64,000 nucleotides of DNA from a virus. Numbering within the stretch: position 1 is the first letter of the stretch; each line of letters begins with the position of its first letter. Location: IMG/VR virus record IMGVR_UViG_3300005253_000193, positions 41,964 through 105,963 of that record, one strand, 5' to 3'. The translations under genes and the position numbers were made by a program. The notes below the pieces were generated by a model. It did no database searches, had not been told where the DNA came from, and saw only the letters and a list, made by a program, of their open reading frames with translations. Shown here one piece after another: positions 39,449 through 47,751 of this stretch.

Positions 39449-40243
39449 TCATTTTCTACCCCTTCCTGCTCCGTGCTCAAGAAACATCACGTTACCATCG
39501 TCTGTCCAACATTTTGTGCAGTTACCACAGAATGAGGAGTCACGCTTTTGGGCCGAGCATAGAAAACTTCCCGGTCTCCACTTCAATGCATCAAATAATC
39601 CGCCCTGGATTGTGATTGCTTCCCGCTTCCCCTCTGATGGTTTTTCCAAACTCGTTCGGATTGCAAATTTATCCCAATTCCGATCCGACCAAGAACGTAT
39701 TTCCTTGCCGATCTCACCCTCCACGCTATGGGCCGTACTTCCATAGGCACGGAGTTGTGGGATTGTTCCGATCCAACACTCCCAGGCAAGGGCGTATTCT
39801 ATGCTGTAGAAATCGCCCAATACGTGGAGACGAACGACGAAGCCCTCCGCGTGCTTAATTGCAAGTTCCGTCAATTCGACTTGTAGTTGGGGGATAAGGT
39901 GGTGGTCGTTTGCCGTTCGGATCGCCCACGGCATTCCGTGTCCATAGCATGTCCTCCAATGATGGCATGTCCGAGGGCACGTTGCTCGCTCTTCCAACGT
40001 CAATGTGTAGATTGGCATTTCAGCCCAGCGCCCCTTCAGAACCTTACGTCCAATCTTTCGATTGCTGTAGCCCGAGCGGAGTATATTCGTTTGATCGTGG
40101 GCGCTTATTACTTTCTTTGGAAAAATGGTCCGTCCATCGATGACGGCAAGTAGGTCACCCCTCAATATCATAAGTCCTCTTGGTCGATAACCTTTCGGGA
40201 AGCGCCTATGTGCGTGTGATTCTTTCCTTTTCACCAATCTCAA
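39449..40243 (-). CDS. Phage gp88-like Cys-rich (radical-SAM-like) protein
   Basis: TCP..C....CY, RLHVLGDFYS, C..C..CW. Confidence 0.65.
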   Translation of the reverse strand: MRLVKRKESHAHRRFPKGYRPRGLMILRGDLLAVIDGRTIFPKKVISAHDQTNILRSGYSNRKIGRKVLKGRWAEMPIYTLTLEERATCPRTCHHWRTCYGHGMPWAIRTANDHHLIPQLQVELTELAIKHAEGFVVRLHVLGDFYSIEYALAWECWIGTIPQLRAYGSTAHSVEGEIGKEIRSWSDRNWDKFAIRTSLEKPSEGKREAITIQGGLFDALKWRPGSFLCSAQKRDSSFCGNCTKCWTDDGNVMFLEHGAGRGRK

Positions 40244-41814
40244 AATACGTCCTTCCCTGATACGATTGCTTTGTACAAATCCCTTCCCTCCTTCAGGTAG
40301 GCTTTGATACGAAAATCAATGGTCCCTATACCAAGTATGTCGAAAAAGAACACTTTCTTTGTTTGGCCGGTTCTGTGACACCGTTTCTCTGCCTGTTTCC
40401 TTATTCTGGGAGACACTGGAGATTCAAAGAACACAACGTAATTAGCCACCTGTATGTTAAGGGATTTTGATCCGGTTTGACTGTTAAGAACGAGGATAGT
40501 AATCTTTGGGTCCGTCTTGAATTGCTTAAGCGTACCCCCTTTGTCCTTTGTGCCGCCCCAAAGTCTTACAGAGCCTACTCCAAGTTTGTCAAGAGATTTT
40601 TTAATCAATTCTCCTGTGTGTGTAAAATCATGAAATACCACCATCTTTGAAGTGGTGGGCAATTCCTTAACAAGCTGTATGAGTGCTTCAATTTTTGGGT
40701 TCTGTTTGAAGTCAACGTATACCTTTTTTCTTTTCCTGCCCACAGGCTCATCTGTCTCCTCCCGAAGTCCCAGAAAACCAGAGGTTATAGTCCTCATGTT
40801 TGTGTAGGCATTGTCAAGCATGGTGAAGTTTCCACGGACCATTTCTAGGTCACCTTTTATGTTGTCGTGGAACTTTTGGGCTTCAGTCGAGAGTCTGACT
40901 TTTATTATCTGAAATGACTTTTTGGGCAGGTCCGAACATTCACTCTCGTCATAAAATATTGACCTGTTTTTTATAAATTTATGAAGCTTGTTCTTTTTAC
41001 GCTCGTCAAATACCCACTCCCCATAAGGATTCCAGAAACTTTCCTCTTCAATAAAGAATGCCGATCGATACATCCCAAGAGTTTTTCCAAGGGTGTCACC
41101 GTGGTCAATACAATAGAATTGAGCCCAAAAATCTATGGGGTCCCGACCCATGGGAGTCCCAGTAAGGGCAAAACGGATTTTGCAGGACCGAGATAGAATC
41201 CGACATATCTGATGTGTTAGACTGAGATGGTTTTTTACTTCATCCGACTCATCCCACACGACAGCATCAAATTGACGGCAGAAGTCGCTAACCAATTTCC
41301 AATCAAATTGTCGCTCTCTTCTTTTGCCCTTTTTCTTTTTGATAGGAACTCTTAATTCAGTTACCATGGCAACCAAGCCACCGTAATTTAGAACACAAAT
41401 GTCAAAGTCCTGTTTGAGAAGCTCCCAACGCTTCTTGCTTTTTCCGTGGAATAGAACGTATTTCAGATGGGGGGCGTGAATTTGAATTTGCTCTTCCCAA
41501 CCATCTATAGTTACGATGTTTGGAACAAGAACCAAAGCCCTACCTGTTTTCCCGGCCCGTTGAAAATAGGAGATCAAATCGAGAACAATCTTTGTCTTTC
41601 CTGTTCCAAGATCGAGCAAGAATAGGAAACTTGGGAAATGCACCCCAATTAAGAAACAAGCCTTTTGATGGAGGAAGGGTTTTGTGTGAAAATTGGGGGC
41701 TAGGGGGAGCTCAGCCAGAGCCTTGTCAAGCTCCTTGCTTGATTCCTTTTTTATCCAGTCGAAGTCATCCAGCTCCCTATCAAGAAAGTCCTTTATGGCA
41801 AATTCAGAAATCAT
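40240..41814 (-). CDS. SNF2-family helicase
   Basis: DLGTGKT, WDES, LTGTP, QAEKRCHRTGQ. Confidence 0.9.
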   Translation of the reverse strand: MISEFAIKDFLDRELDDFDWIKKESSKELDKALAELPLAPNFHTKPFLHQKACFLIGVHFPSFLFLLDLGTGKTKIVLDLISYFQRAGKTGRALVLVPNIVTIDGWEEQIQIHAPHLKYVLFHGKSKKRWELLKQDFDICVLNYGGLVAMVTELRVPIKKKKGKRRERQFDWKLVSDFCRQFDAVVWDESDEVKNHLSLTHQICRILSRSCKIRFALTGTPMGRDPIDFWAQFYCIDHGDTLGKTLGMYRSAFFIEEESFWNPYGEWVFDERKKNKLHKFIKNRSIFYDESECSDLPKKSFQIIKVRLSTEAQKFHDNIKGDLEMVRGNFTMLDNAYTNMRTITSGFLGLREETDEPVGRKRKKVYVDFKQNPKIEALIQLVKELPTTSKMVVFHDFTHTGELIKKSLDKLGVGSVRLWGGTKDKGGTLKQFKTDPKITILVLNSQTGSKSLNIQVANYVVFFESPVSPRIRKQAEKRCHRTGQTKKVFFFDILGIGTIDFRIKAYLKEGRDLYKAIVSGKDVF

Positions 41815-42067
41815 TTGCTAGTTCCAGAAGGACGTCTCCGTGGCAGGCTAATGGAGCACACCAACAGACAAGGTCTTTGCCACGTAGCTCATGAAGGGCT
41901 GCCATTAGCTTTGGACTCTGAAGCAAGTAAGCACGATATTTCCTGATGACCTCTTCTCTGGTTCCATCAGGACCGATCCTGTAAGGATTGCCCCACTTGC
42001 TCCCCCGTCCAATATAAACGGCGTTCTTTGGTATATCGCCGTGGCGTCTGTTAAGAACCTCAATTAC
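41804..42067 (-). CDS. DUF4326-family protein lacking a canonical in-frame start (absent from the ORF track)
   Basis: AVYIGRGSKWGNPY...LRGKDLVCWCAPLACHGDVLLELAN. The ATG after GAGGAG is out of frame, and there is an in-frame TAG at 42071-42073. Confidence 0.75.
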   Translation of the reverse strand, partial: VIEVLNRRHGDIPKNAVYIGRGSKWGNPYRIGPDGTREEVIRKYRAYLLQSPKLMAALHELRGKDLVCWCAPLACHGDVLLELANDF

Positions 42068-42118
42068 ATTCTACTCCTCAGAGTAAAAATTCCTTATGGC
42101 AAATTCAGAAATCACTGC

Positions 42119-42568
42119 TCAACCAGATACCACCTTCAACTGTGGTTGAGACATTGCTTCATCAATCCATTCTCTAATCTGATTTGGTGTAGTAAATCCT
42201 TCAGCGATGCGGTTGGCAATGTTTACCTTTTCATCATCCAGTAGAGGGAGTGATTCCAAAGCTGCCAATACCCTACCAAAGTTTCCGCCTCCATCCTCCC
42301 CTGTTTGGGCATTGTAGGCACCCCACATCACACCATCAAGATCAAGTTTCAAAACCTTCTCCAAGACTTGCATCCCCTCTTCAAACGAGGGTGTTTTGTC
42401 CAGAGCTGCCGTAAGAGTGCAAAAACGAGAGTGCATACCCGGCACCACACATGATTTGCAGTGCATACGATCAACCTCACCTAGTTCCGTTGCTGGCCTG
42501 TGATCATACATTGCATCACTGAGGGCCTTATGTTGTTCCTCTGTCATCGTATGTGTCCAATGTGGCAT
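42119..42568 (-). CDS. Hypothetical protein
   Basis: GGGAGAG RBS; fills the gap. Confidence 0.55.
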   Translation of the reverse strand: MPHWTHTMTEEQHKALSDAMYDHRPATELGEVDRMHCKSCVVPGMHSRFCTLTAALDKTPSFEEGMQVLEKVLKLDLDGVMWGAYNAQTGEDGGGNFGRVLAALESLPLLDDEKVNIANRIAEGFTTPNQIREWIDEAMSQPQLKVVSG

Positions 42569-42645
42569 GATTGCTCTCCCTTAATTGAGGCACCAACAAA
42601 TAAGGCCCTTCCCCGTGGACCCAAACTGTCCATCCAGGACAATGT

Positions 42646-42921
42646 TTAACTTGCCCCTCCTGATGAACAAGTATTAGAACTTCGGATCTCGTTGGGGGCC
42701 GCCGGATTTTTTGGGCTTAGGGGGGCATTGGCCGATTTGACAAGTGTGAGTCTCTTCTCGTCGAGCCACTCCTCCTCCAGAACCTTGCCCTCCTTCGTGA
42801 GCTTCTTCGACTGGACCGCGAAACGTGTGCATCCATTGTGTCAGTCCGTTCTGGCAACGACGACCCCGGTGAACCCGGTGACTGTATCCTTCACCATATC
42901 GTTGAGGCGAATGTCGGTCAT
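42646..42921 (-). pseudogene. Small phage protein gene with an in-frame TGA (codon 27) and an apparent frameshift at a C6 run
   Basis: GAAGGAG RBS; MTDIRLNDMVKDTVTGFTGVVVARTD*HNGCTRFAVQ...EWLDEKRL; a GGP-containing tail appears in another frame. Confidence 0.6.
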
Positions 42922-42974
42922 GTCTTAATCTCCTTCAGCCCTGTTGTCTCTATCAAGTTTCCTAATCGCCGGAC

Positions 42975-43976
42975 TCACATCTTGAAGGACGGAGCCTGCA
43001 TCCACACCCCATCCTTGAACCAAGTATGGGTGGTGACTAGGCTGATGTAATGAACCCGCGCCCCGTCGACGACGATCTGTCCAACGAACTGATCGTTCTT
43101 GATCGTGATGAGCACAACGTCGGGGAAGGTGGTAGATGCTTCCTCCCGCTTCTCCGTGAATTCATCGTCCAGGAGGCCGATGATGATGTTTTTCGTGTCC
43201 TCCCGTTCCGCTTTGGAGACGGATTCAAGCGCATCCCCCAAGCCCCCCAGATTGTCGACTTTGGGGAGAGGACGACGCTGCGGCTCCTTGCCGATGCCCA
43301 GCTTGATTTGACGGACTGCTTCACTTCCATAGCACTCCCTGATGAGAGCTTCCCAAATCTCACGGAAGTACCGTCGGGAGGGGGAACGCTCAATGCCAAC
43401 CAGCCGCCCACCGATGATGATAAGAGCCCCAACCTGTTTGGGCACACGCTCGAACTCGGCCACAAACAAGTCCAGTTCCTTTTGGAACTTGTCCATGAAG
43501 TCGATCAGGTCTCCAGGGCCGCTTAGTCCAGCCTCGGTCTTGAAGTTCCTGATGTTACCCCAGATGGCGGAGAAGTCGGGGTTGGCATTGGTGAGAGCTG
43601 CTTCCCTGAGGGACCAAGGGAGCAAGGAAAACTTGTGCTCACCACGCGGGATAGTTCCGCCTTGGGTTTCCTGGACACACAACGCATTGTCGAAGACTCG
43701 CCTGCCCTTGACGAAGCCACCCTTGCGGAGAGCATGATCTTGAGCTCTCTCGCGGACGAGGTAGGCGGTTTGTGGCGGGACCAGGATCTCCTCGTCCGGG
43801 GACCTTGCGTCGATGTTCAGGTTTCCATAGGTGCTGTTATGAACCGTGGCCCCCTCAGGGCTGACAAATCTGTCATCCTCCAGGTCACTCAGCAGGGGAA
43901 TGACCTGCATGATGCCGACGGTCTGCATCCGCCCAGGGGTGCATCCCCTGAGCATTTCGGAAATGTTGCGGGTCAT
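42975..43976 (-). CDS. ARPP/DUF6569-like protein
   Basis: MQVIPL, AQDH, CVQ..QG, IW..I and FE.VP.QVGA.I.IGG..GIE parallel ARPP-type domains (from memory); GAGGAGG RBS. Confidence 0.5.
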   Translation of the reverse strand: MTRNISEMLRGCTPGRMQTVGIMQVIPLLSDLEDDRFVSPEGATVHNSTYGNLNIDARSPDEEILVPPQTAYLVRERAQDHALRKGGFVKGRRVFDNALCVQETQGGTIPRGEHKFSLLPWSLREAALTNANPDFSAIWGNIRNFKTEAGLSGPGDLIDFMDKFQKELDLFVAEFERVPKQVGALIIIGGRLVGIERSPSRRYFREIWEALIRECYGSEAVRQIKLGIGKEPQRRPLPKVDNLGGLGDALESVSKAEREDTKNIIIGLLDDEFTEKREEASTTFPDVVLITIKNDQFVGQIVVDGARVHYISLVTTHTWFKDGVWMQAPSFKM

Positions 43977-43997
43977 GATGTTACCTCCTCTTATCGG

Positions 43998-44165
43998 TTA
44001 ATTCGCATCTGGCGCATCATCGTCGTCGCCGGTCAACCAATTGAGCATGGCGACCAAACCATCTTCGTAACTCTTACCTTCGTAATGAGTTCCTTGGTCC
44101 TGGCCTTCATTTGCCCAATTCGCTACCCTATCGATCTCATCATCAGAGCGTTTGATGACACGCAT
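43998..44165 (-). CDS. 55-aa acidic protein (absent from the ORF track)
   Basis: MRVIKRSDDEIDRVANWANEGQDQGTHYEGKSYEDGLVAMLNWLTGDDDDAPDAN; GGGGAG RBS. Confidence 0.7.
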   Translation of the reverse strand: MRVIKRSDDEIDRVANWANEGQDQGTHYEGKSYEDGLVAMLNWLTGDDDDAPDAN

Positions 44166-44177
44166 TTAACGTCTCCC

Positions 44178-45815
44178 CTATTCAAACCACCCAAGATCAC
44201 CAAGCCGATGCTCCTTGATGGTGCTGGTGAGGATCATGGTGATAGCTTTCTTGATGTCCGTATTGATGAACAACTTCAGGGCGGAACTCACCAAAGCTTC
44301 GGGGCTGACTACGGGTATGGCTGCGCTGACCCCACCAAGGACCCGGATACCCTCGGACTCGGCCCCTGTAACCGGCGAGACTTGGATCACAGGCGTATCT
44401 ATGCCCATGTCCCTAACTCGCTCCAGGGTGTCGCCGAAGCGGCCAGCCGGGGCATTTTCGTAGCCGTCGGTAATGACGAAGACTGCATCGGGTTCGTGCT
44501 CCAGGAGACCAACCAAGGAAAGTGCCAGATTGGTATCACCCTTGGGCTGAATAAGGGCACCCTGACCATTCCCTCCGACGTAGTGGACAGTGGACAGATT
44601 CGACGCTGCACGCAATACATCCTCGACTGCCAGAGCGACGGCAATGGGATGAAGCTTTTGGGTCTTATGTCCATACATGGACGCCGATGCATCGACTATG
44701 ATACCGACGTTCTCATAATGGAAGGGAAGCGTTTTGGCAACGTCCTCAGCCTTCTTGTCTAGGGCTTTCCTGATCTCAGCCGTCATGCCCATCTCGTAGG
44801 CGTAGATGTACAGCTTGACGGCATCATGCTTGAGAGGATCGAAGGCAACCTCGACACCTTCCCGTTTGGCTTGGGCCTGTACGTTGATACGTTGCTTGGA
44901 AGACATCTGGTCCTTAGCCAGCTCAAGGACTTCCCCACTTTTCACTTCCTTGTGGAACTGTCCACGGATTCCCTCCAGGACCTCTGGGGGAAGCCTTTCA
45001 CCCTTGCTCAGATCATTACGCGCCTTGCGTACAGCCGCAATGATTGGAGCATCAGGATTTTCCGTTACATAGGGAACGGAAGATCCCAAGGCGTAGGCGA
45101 TGGCCAAACGAGACTCGATGCCGGGGGAAGGAAAACCAGGAATATATCTGTAAACATTTTCCCTGATCAGTTTGGTCTCATCCGGCTCCCACTCCTGATA
45201 AGGGCGTTGAAGAATGGAGCGAATGACACCGGACAACTTCTGGCCCCACACATGTCGGAGGATTGCCCCGTACTTGCGTCGATACCTGACTGCCCTCATT
45301 TCGAGGGAACCCACCGCCCCGGTATGGAGAAGGTGGCGGAGGATCAGCTTCCTCGTCCGCATGTTGTTGATCCTGGCCTGCCCAGCCATGACAAACGTCC
45401 TGAGCTGGCGCGGGACGGTGATCCCGTCGCACAGATATTCCAGGAGATTCCGCTCCATCTCGGCGTGATGCTTTTTGGTGGTCTGAAGCATCCCTCCGCT
45501 GTGCTTATCCGAAAGCAGGCGAAGGATGCCTTGCTGCCTCGACCTGTCCATGACACCCGGCAGGGCCAAGACCGCACCATATAGGAGGCGGTCGTACAGG
45601 AACATCTTTTTGTGCGCCTCCAACTCGGCGGCTTCCTGTTCCTCCTTGGAGTTGTAGAAGGTCGCTCGGCCCTTGGCGGTGATCACGAAGTCCAGAAAGG
45701 ACTCCAGGTCCTTTGAAAGACTGACGAACTGGCTGTTGGGAAGATGGATGGGAACCATAAGCTGGCTCCTGACGGCGGGCAGAGACGCGGACACTGCGGG
45801 GATGTTCTGGTTCAT
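44178..45815 (-). CDS. Helical N-domain + C-terminal vWA protein (Ro60/TROVE-like architecture)
   Basis: MIDAS residues IIVDASASM, GDT, VITDGYEN; 545 aa; basic helical N-terminal ~360 aa with an early TFY motif. Confidence 0.65.
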   Translation of the reverse strand: MNQNIPAVSASLPAVRSQLMVPIHLPNSQFVSLSKDLESFLDFVITAKGRATFYNSKEEQEAAELEAHKKMFLYDRLLYGAVLALPGVMDRSRQQGILRLLSDKHSGGMLQTTKKHHAEMERNLLEYLCDGITVPRQLRTFVMAGQARINNMRTRKLILRHLLHTGAVGSLEMRAVRYRRKYGAILRHVWGQKLSGVIRSILQRPYQEWEPDETKLIRENVYRYIPGFPSPGIESRLAIAYALGSSVPYVTENPDAPIIAAVRKARNDLSKGERLPPEVLEGIRGQFHKEVKSGEVLELAKDQMSSKQRINVQAQAKREGVEVAFDPLKHDAVKLYIYAYEMGMTAEIRKALDKKAEDVAKTLPFHYENVGIIVDASASMYGHKTQKLHPIAVALAVEDVLRAASNLSTVHYVGGNGQGALIQPKGDTNLALSLVGLLEHEPDAVFVITDGYENAPAGRFGDTLERVRDMGIDTPVIQVSPVTGAESEGIRVLGGVSAAIPVVSPEALVSSALKLFINTDIKKAITMILTSTIKEHRLGDLGWFE

Positions 45816-45841
45816 GGTCAGTTCCCTTTATCCAAACAAGA

Positions 45842-45918
45842 GGCCCGGTAAGGTCGTTCGTCAGTTTTGCGTAGACACTCCTGAAGTGTATGCTGTACTG
45901 ACAGACTAGTTCCGGGCC
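45842..45918 (-). ncRNA. Structured RNA unit 1 (77 nt) of a three-unit array
   Basis: GGCCCGG-AACTA-GTC-T-GTCAGT-ACA-GCAT-ACAC-TTCAGGA-GTGT-CT-ACGC-AAA-ACTGAC-GAAC-GAC-CTTA-CCGGGCC; nested stems. Confidence 0.75.
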
Positions 45919-45941
45919 ACTTGGTCGTTCATTTTATTACA

Positions 45942-46022
45942 GTCCGGTAAGGTTGTTCGTCGTGGTGCGTCATTGATCGACTTCAACGTCGAGGATGCTG
46001 TAACGGCGATCTAGTTCCGGAC
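45942..46022 (-). ncRNA. Structured RNA unit 2 (81 nt)
   Basis: GTCCGG-AACTA-GAT-CGCCGT-TACA-GCATC-C-TCGAC-GTTGAA-GTCGA-TCAAT-GACGC-ACC-ACGACG-AACAAC-CTTA-CCGGAC. Confidence 0.75.
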
Positions 46023-46047
46023 CTTTTTTAACAATTGGTTTAGGCGA

Positions 46048-46169
46048 GCCGGTAAGGATGTACGTTGTATTTGGTGGATGTGATTGGAATCGAACCAATT
46101 ACACACTGATTGAAGTCAGTTGCTCTACCGAATGAGCTACATATCCTGTAACAACGTTCTAGTTCCGGC
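46048..46169 (-). ncRNA. Structured RNA unit 3 (122 nt) containing a full tRNA fold
   Basis: GCCGG-AACTAGA-ACGTTGT-TACA-[tRNA]-AAT-ACAACGT-ACATC-CTTA-CCGGC. Confidence 0.8.
46072..46146 (-). tRNA. tRNA-like cloverleaf, apparent anticodon UCA in an abnormal 6-nt loop, encoded CCA
   Basis: GGATATG TA GCTC ATTCGGTA GAGC A ACTGA CTTCAA TCAGT GTGTA ATTGG TTCGATT CCAAT CACATCC A CCA. Confidence 0.8.
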
Positions 46170-46247
46170 CCTCCCAGCAACAAAGGAGTTGAAAATGGCG
46201 GGAGCCACTTCCATTGGGATGGTCTGCCAAAACCACCACCAAAAATG

Positions 46248-46277
46248 ATACTACTACGCCCCCAAATGCTTTGGCAA
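46248..46277 (-). promoter_or_regulatory. Sigma70-type promoter for the RNA array/vWA operon
   Basis: TTGCCA-N18-TAGTAT with an AT-rich UP-like tract upstream. Confidence 0.55.
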
Positions 46278-46314
46278 CAGATTTTTTTAACTTAATTTAT
46301 ATACACTATAGTTC

Positions 46315-47751
46315 CTAATCCACATCTGACTTGGGGCATACTTCTTCAAGTAGATCCCAGTAATCGCTCATCATCATATGGGAACTAAGAACAAACTGAC
46401 CAAGTGTATAGTTCTGGGAAATCAGAATTGTAAAGTTATCCATGTCGGTTCTTGCATTGGACACGAACAGGCGGGCCAAACCCATCCTTTTCTCTTGTGG
46501 TGACTGACTATATGTTATGACACAATCAACAGTTGCTACCTTGGAAATGTCTTCCGCCGCATGTATGTCACGCACCTTGGATGATTTTACTCCTTCCTTG
46601 CTAGACTGAGAAGCCACCACGGCAGCAACATTTAATTCTACGGCCAGTCCCCTTATATCGACATAGATGTTCCCAAGGTCCCTCCGATAGTTTCGTGGGT
46701 CAATCTTCATGAGATCCGGATAATCAATGAGCAGCAGGTCTGGCCTCCACCCTTCTATTACACTAAGGAGGTCTAGGAATCCTCTCAACTCATTGACAGT
46801 TAGTTGTCCCGTTGGGAATTGCTTAACCAATAATTTCCTTTTTAAACGGTCTTCCCAGAAGTCCATTTCGTCCCTTATGTGCTTCTCAATTTCAGGGTCT
46901 TGAAGGGCTATATCTGGATTTATTTTCACACGTTCAAAGTCCAAGAACTCCCCGGTTCTGCTATCTTCCTTGAGAATTGTATTTACTATGGGTTCCCTTG
47001 AGCTTCCATATCTTTTGGGAATAGAGAATAGACTCTGAAAATACCTTCCCATAATTTTCTTTTCAGACATTTCCATGGTAACATGACAGACGCGCTTGCC
47101 TTGCAGCATGGCCATCTTTGCCAAATGCATCAGCCACCAAGTTTTTCCTCTTTTCATGAAGGCTATAAGCAGAAGGATTTCCCCCGGCGACGGACCAAGC
47201 TCGTGGAAGTCAAGTTCCTTAATACCAGTAGCGATAGCTTGGCTGGAAGCATCCAGGAAGCTCAGACTCTTGTTCAGATCTGTGAACCAAGTACCGGGGG
47301 TAAACAAATCAGCTCTCGGCTTTGCTACCTTGGTGAGTATTTCCTCCACTTCGGTTAAGTTTTTGTCGTCTTCCTCCTGTAGCATTTCGCCAGCTTCAAT
47401 AATACTGGCCTTGAGCCGCTGTCTTCTGATGAAGTCGTTGACACGATTGAGGGTATAGTCTGCCTGAACCGAGTCCTGGGATTCGTAAAGATTTTGTAGG
47501 ATGAGATCGTAGGCTGCCGCCTTGCGTTCATTTTTTCCCTCAAGGATAGTATCAAATACAGTGGCAAGCTCTCCTTCAGGAGCTTTACCCTCGGTATCAA
47601 GGAAATCATATATCCCCGCCGCAACCTGTCTATATTCCCCCTCGAAGAGGGATAGTTCAACCGTATTGCGAATGATCTTCCCACTCTCATAGTCAAATGC
47701 GAGCAGGATGAGAAGGTTCTGCTGTAGTAGATTGCCTAGCCCGTCAGGCAT
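46315..47751 (-). CDS. dnaB: Replicative DnaB-like helicase
   Basis: IATGI..LD, KRGKT, TMEM, IDYPDLM, VASQ, AEDISK...D. Confidence 0.88.
   Translation of the reverse strand: MPDGLGNLLQQNLLILLAFDYESGKIIRNTVELSLFEGEYRQVAAGIYDFLDTEGKAPEGELATVFDTILEGKNERKAAAYDLILQNLYESQDSVQADYTLNRVNDFIRRQRLKASIIEAGEMLQEEDDKNLTEVEEILTKVAKPRADLFTPGTWFTDLNKSLSFLDASSQAIATGIKELDFHELGPSPGEILLLIAFMKRGKTWWLMHLAKMAMLQGKRVCHVTMEMSEKKIMGRYFQSLFSIPKRYGSSREPIVNTILKEDSRTGEFLDFERVKINPDIALQDPEIEKHIRDEMDFWEDRLKRKLLVKQFPTGQLTVNELRGFLDLLSVIEGWRPDLLLIDYPDLMKIDPRNYRRDLGNIYVDIRGLAVELNVAAVVASQSSKEGVKSSKVRDIHAAEDISKVATVDCVITYSQSPQEKRMGLARLFVSNARTDMDNFTILISQNYTLGQFVLSSHMMMSDYWDLLEEVCPKSDVD

Noticed and set aside
43635-45584. Long + strand ORFs (375 and 252 aa) and similar shadow ORFs such as 4370..5287 and 10313..10996
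   Set aside because: Antisense to motif-bearing genes, with no motifs or RBS; explained by codon bias.
46072-46146. Selenocysteine tRNA (UCA anticodon)
   Set aside because: 7-bp acceptor, 4-bp D stem and 5-nt variable loop; lacks the long variable arm and extended acceptor of tRNA-Sec.
45842-46169. CRISPR mini-array
   Set aside because: Units have complementary ends and internally paired variable parts of unequal length, one being a tRNA; no uniform repeat-spacer period and no cas genes.
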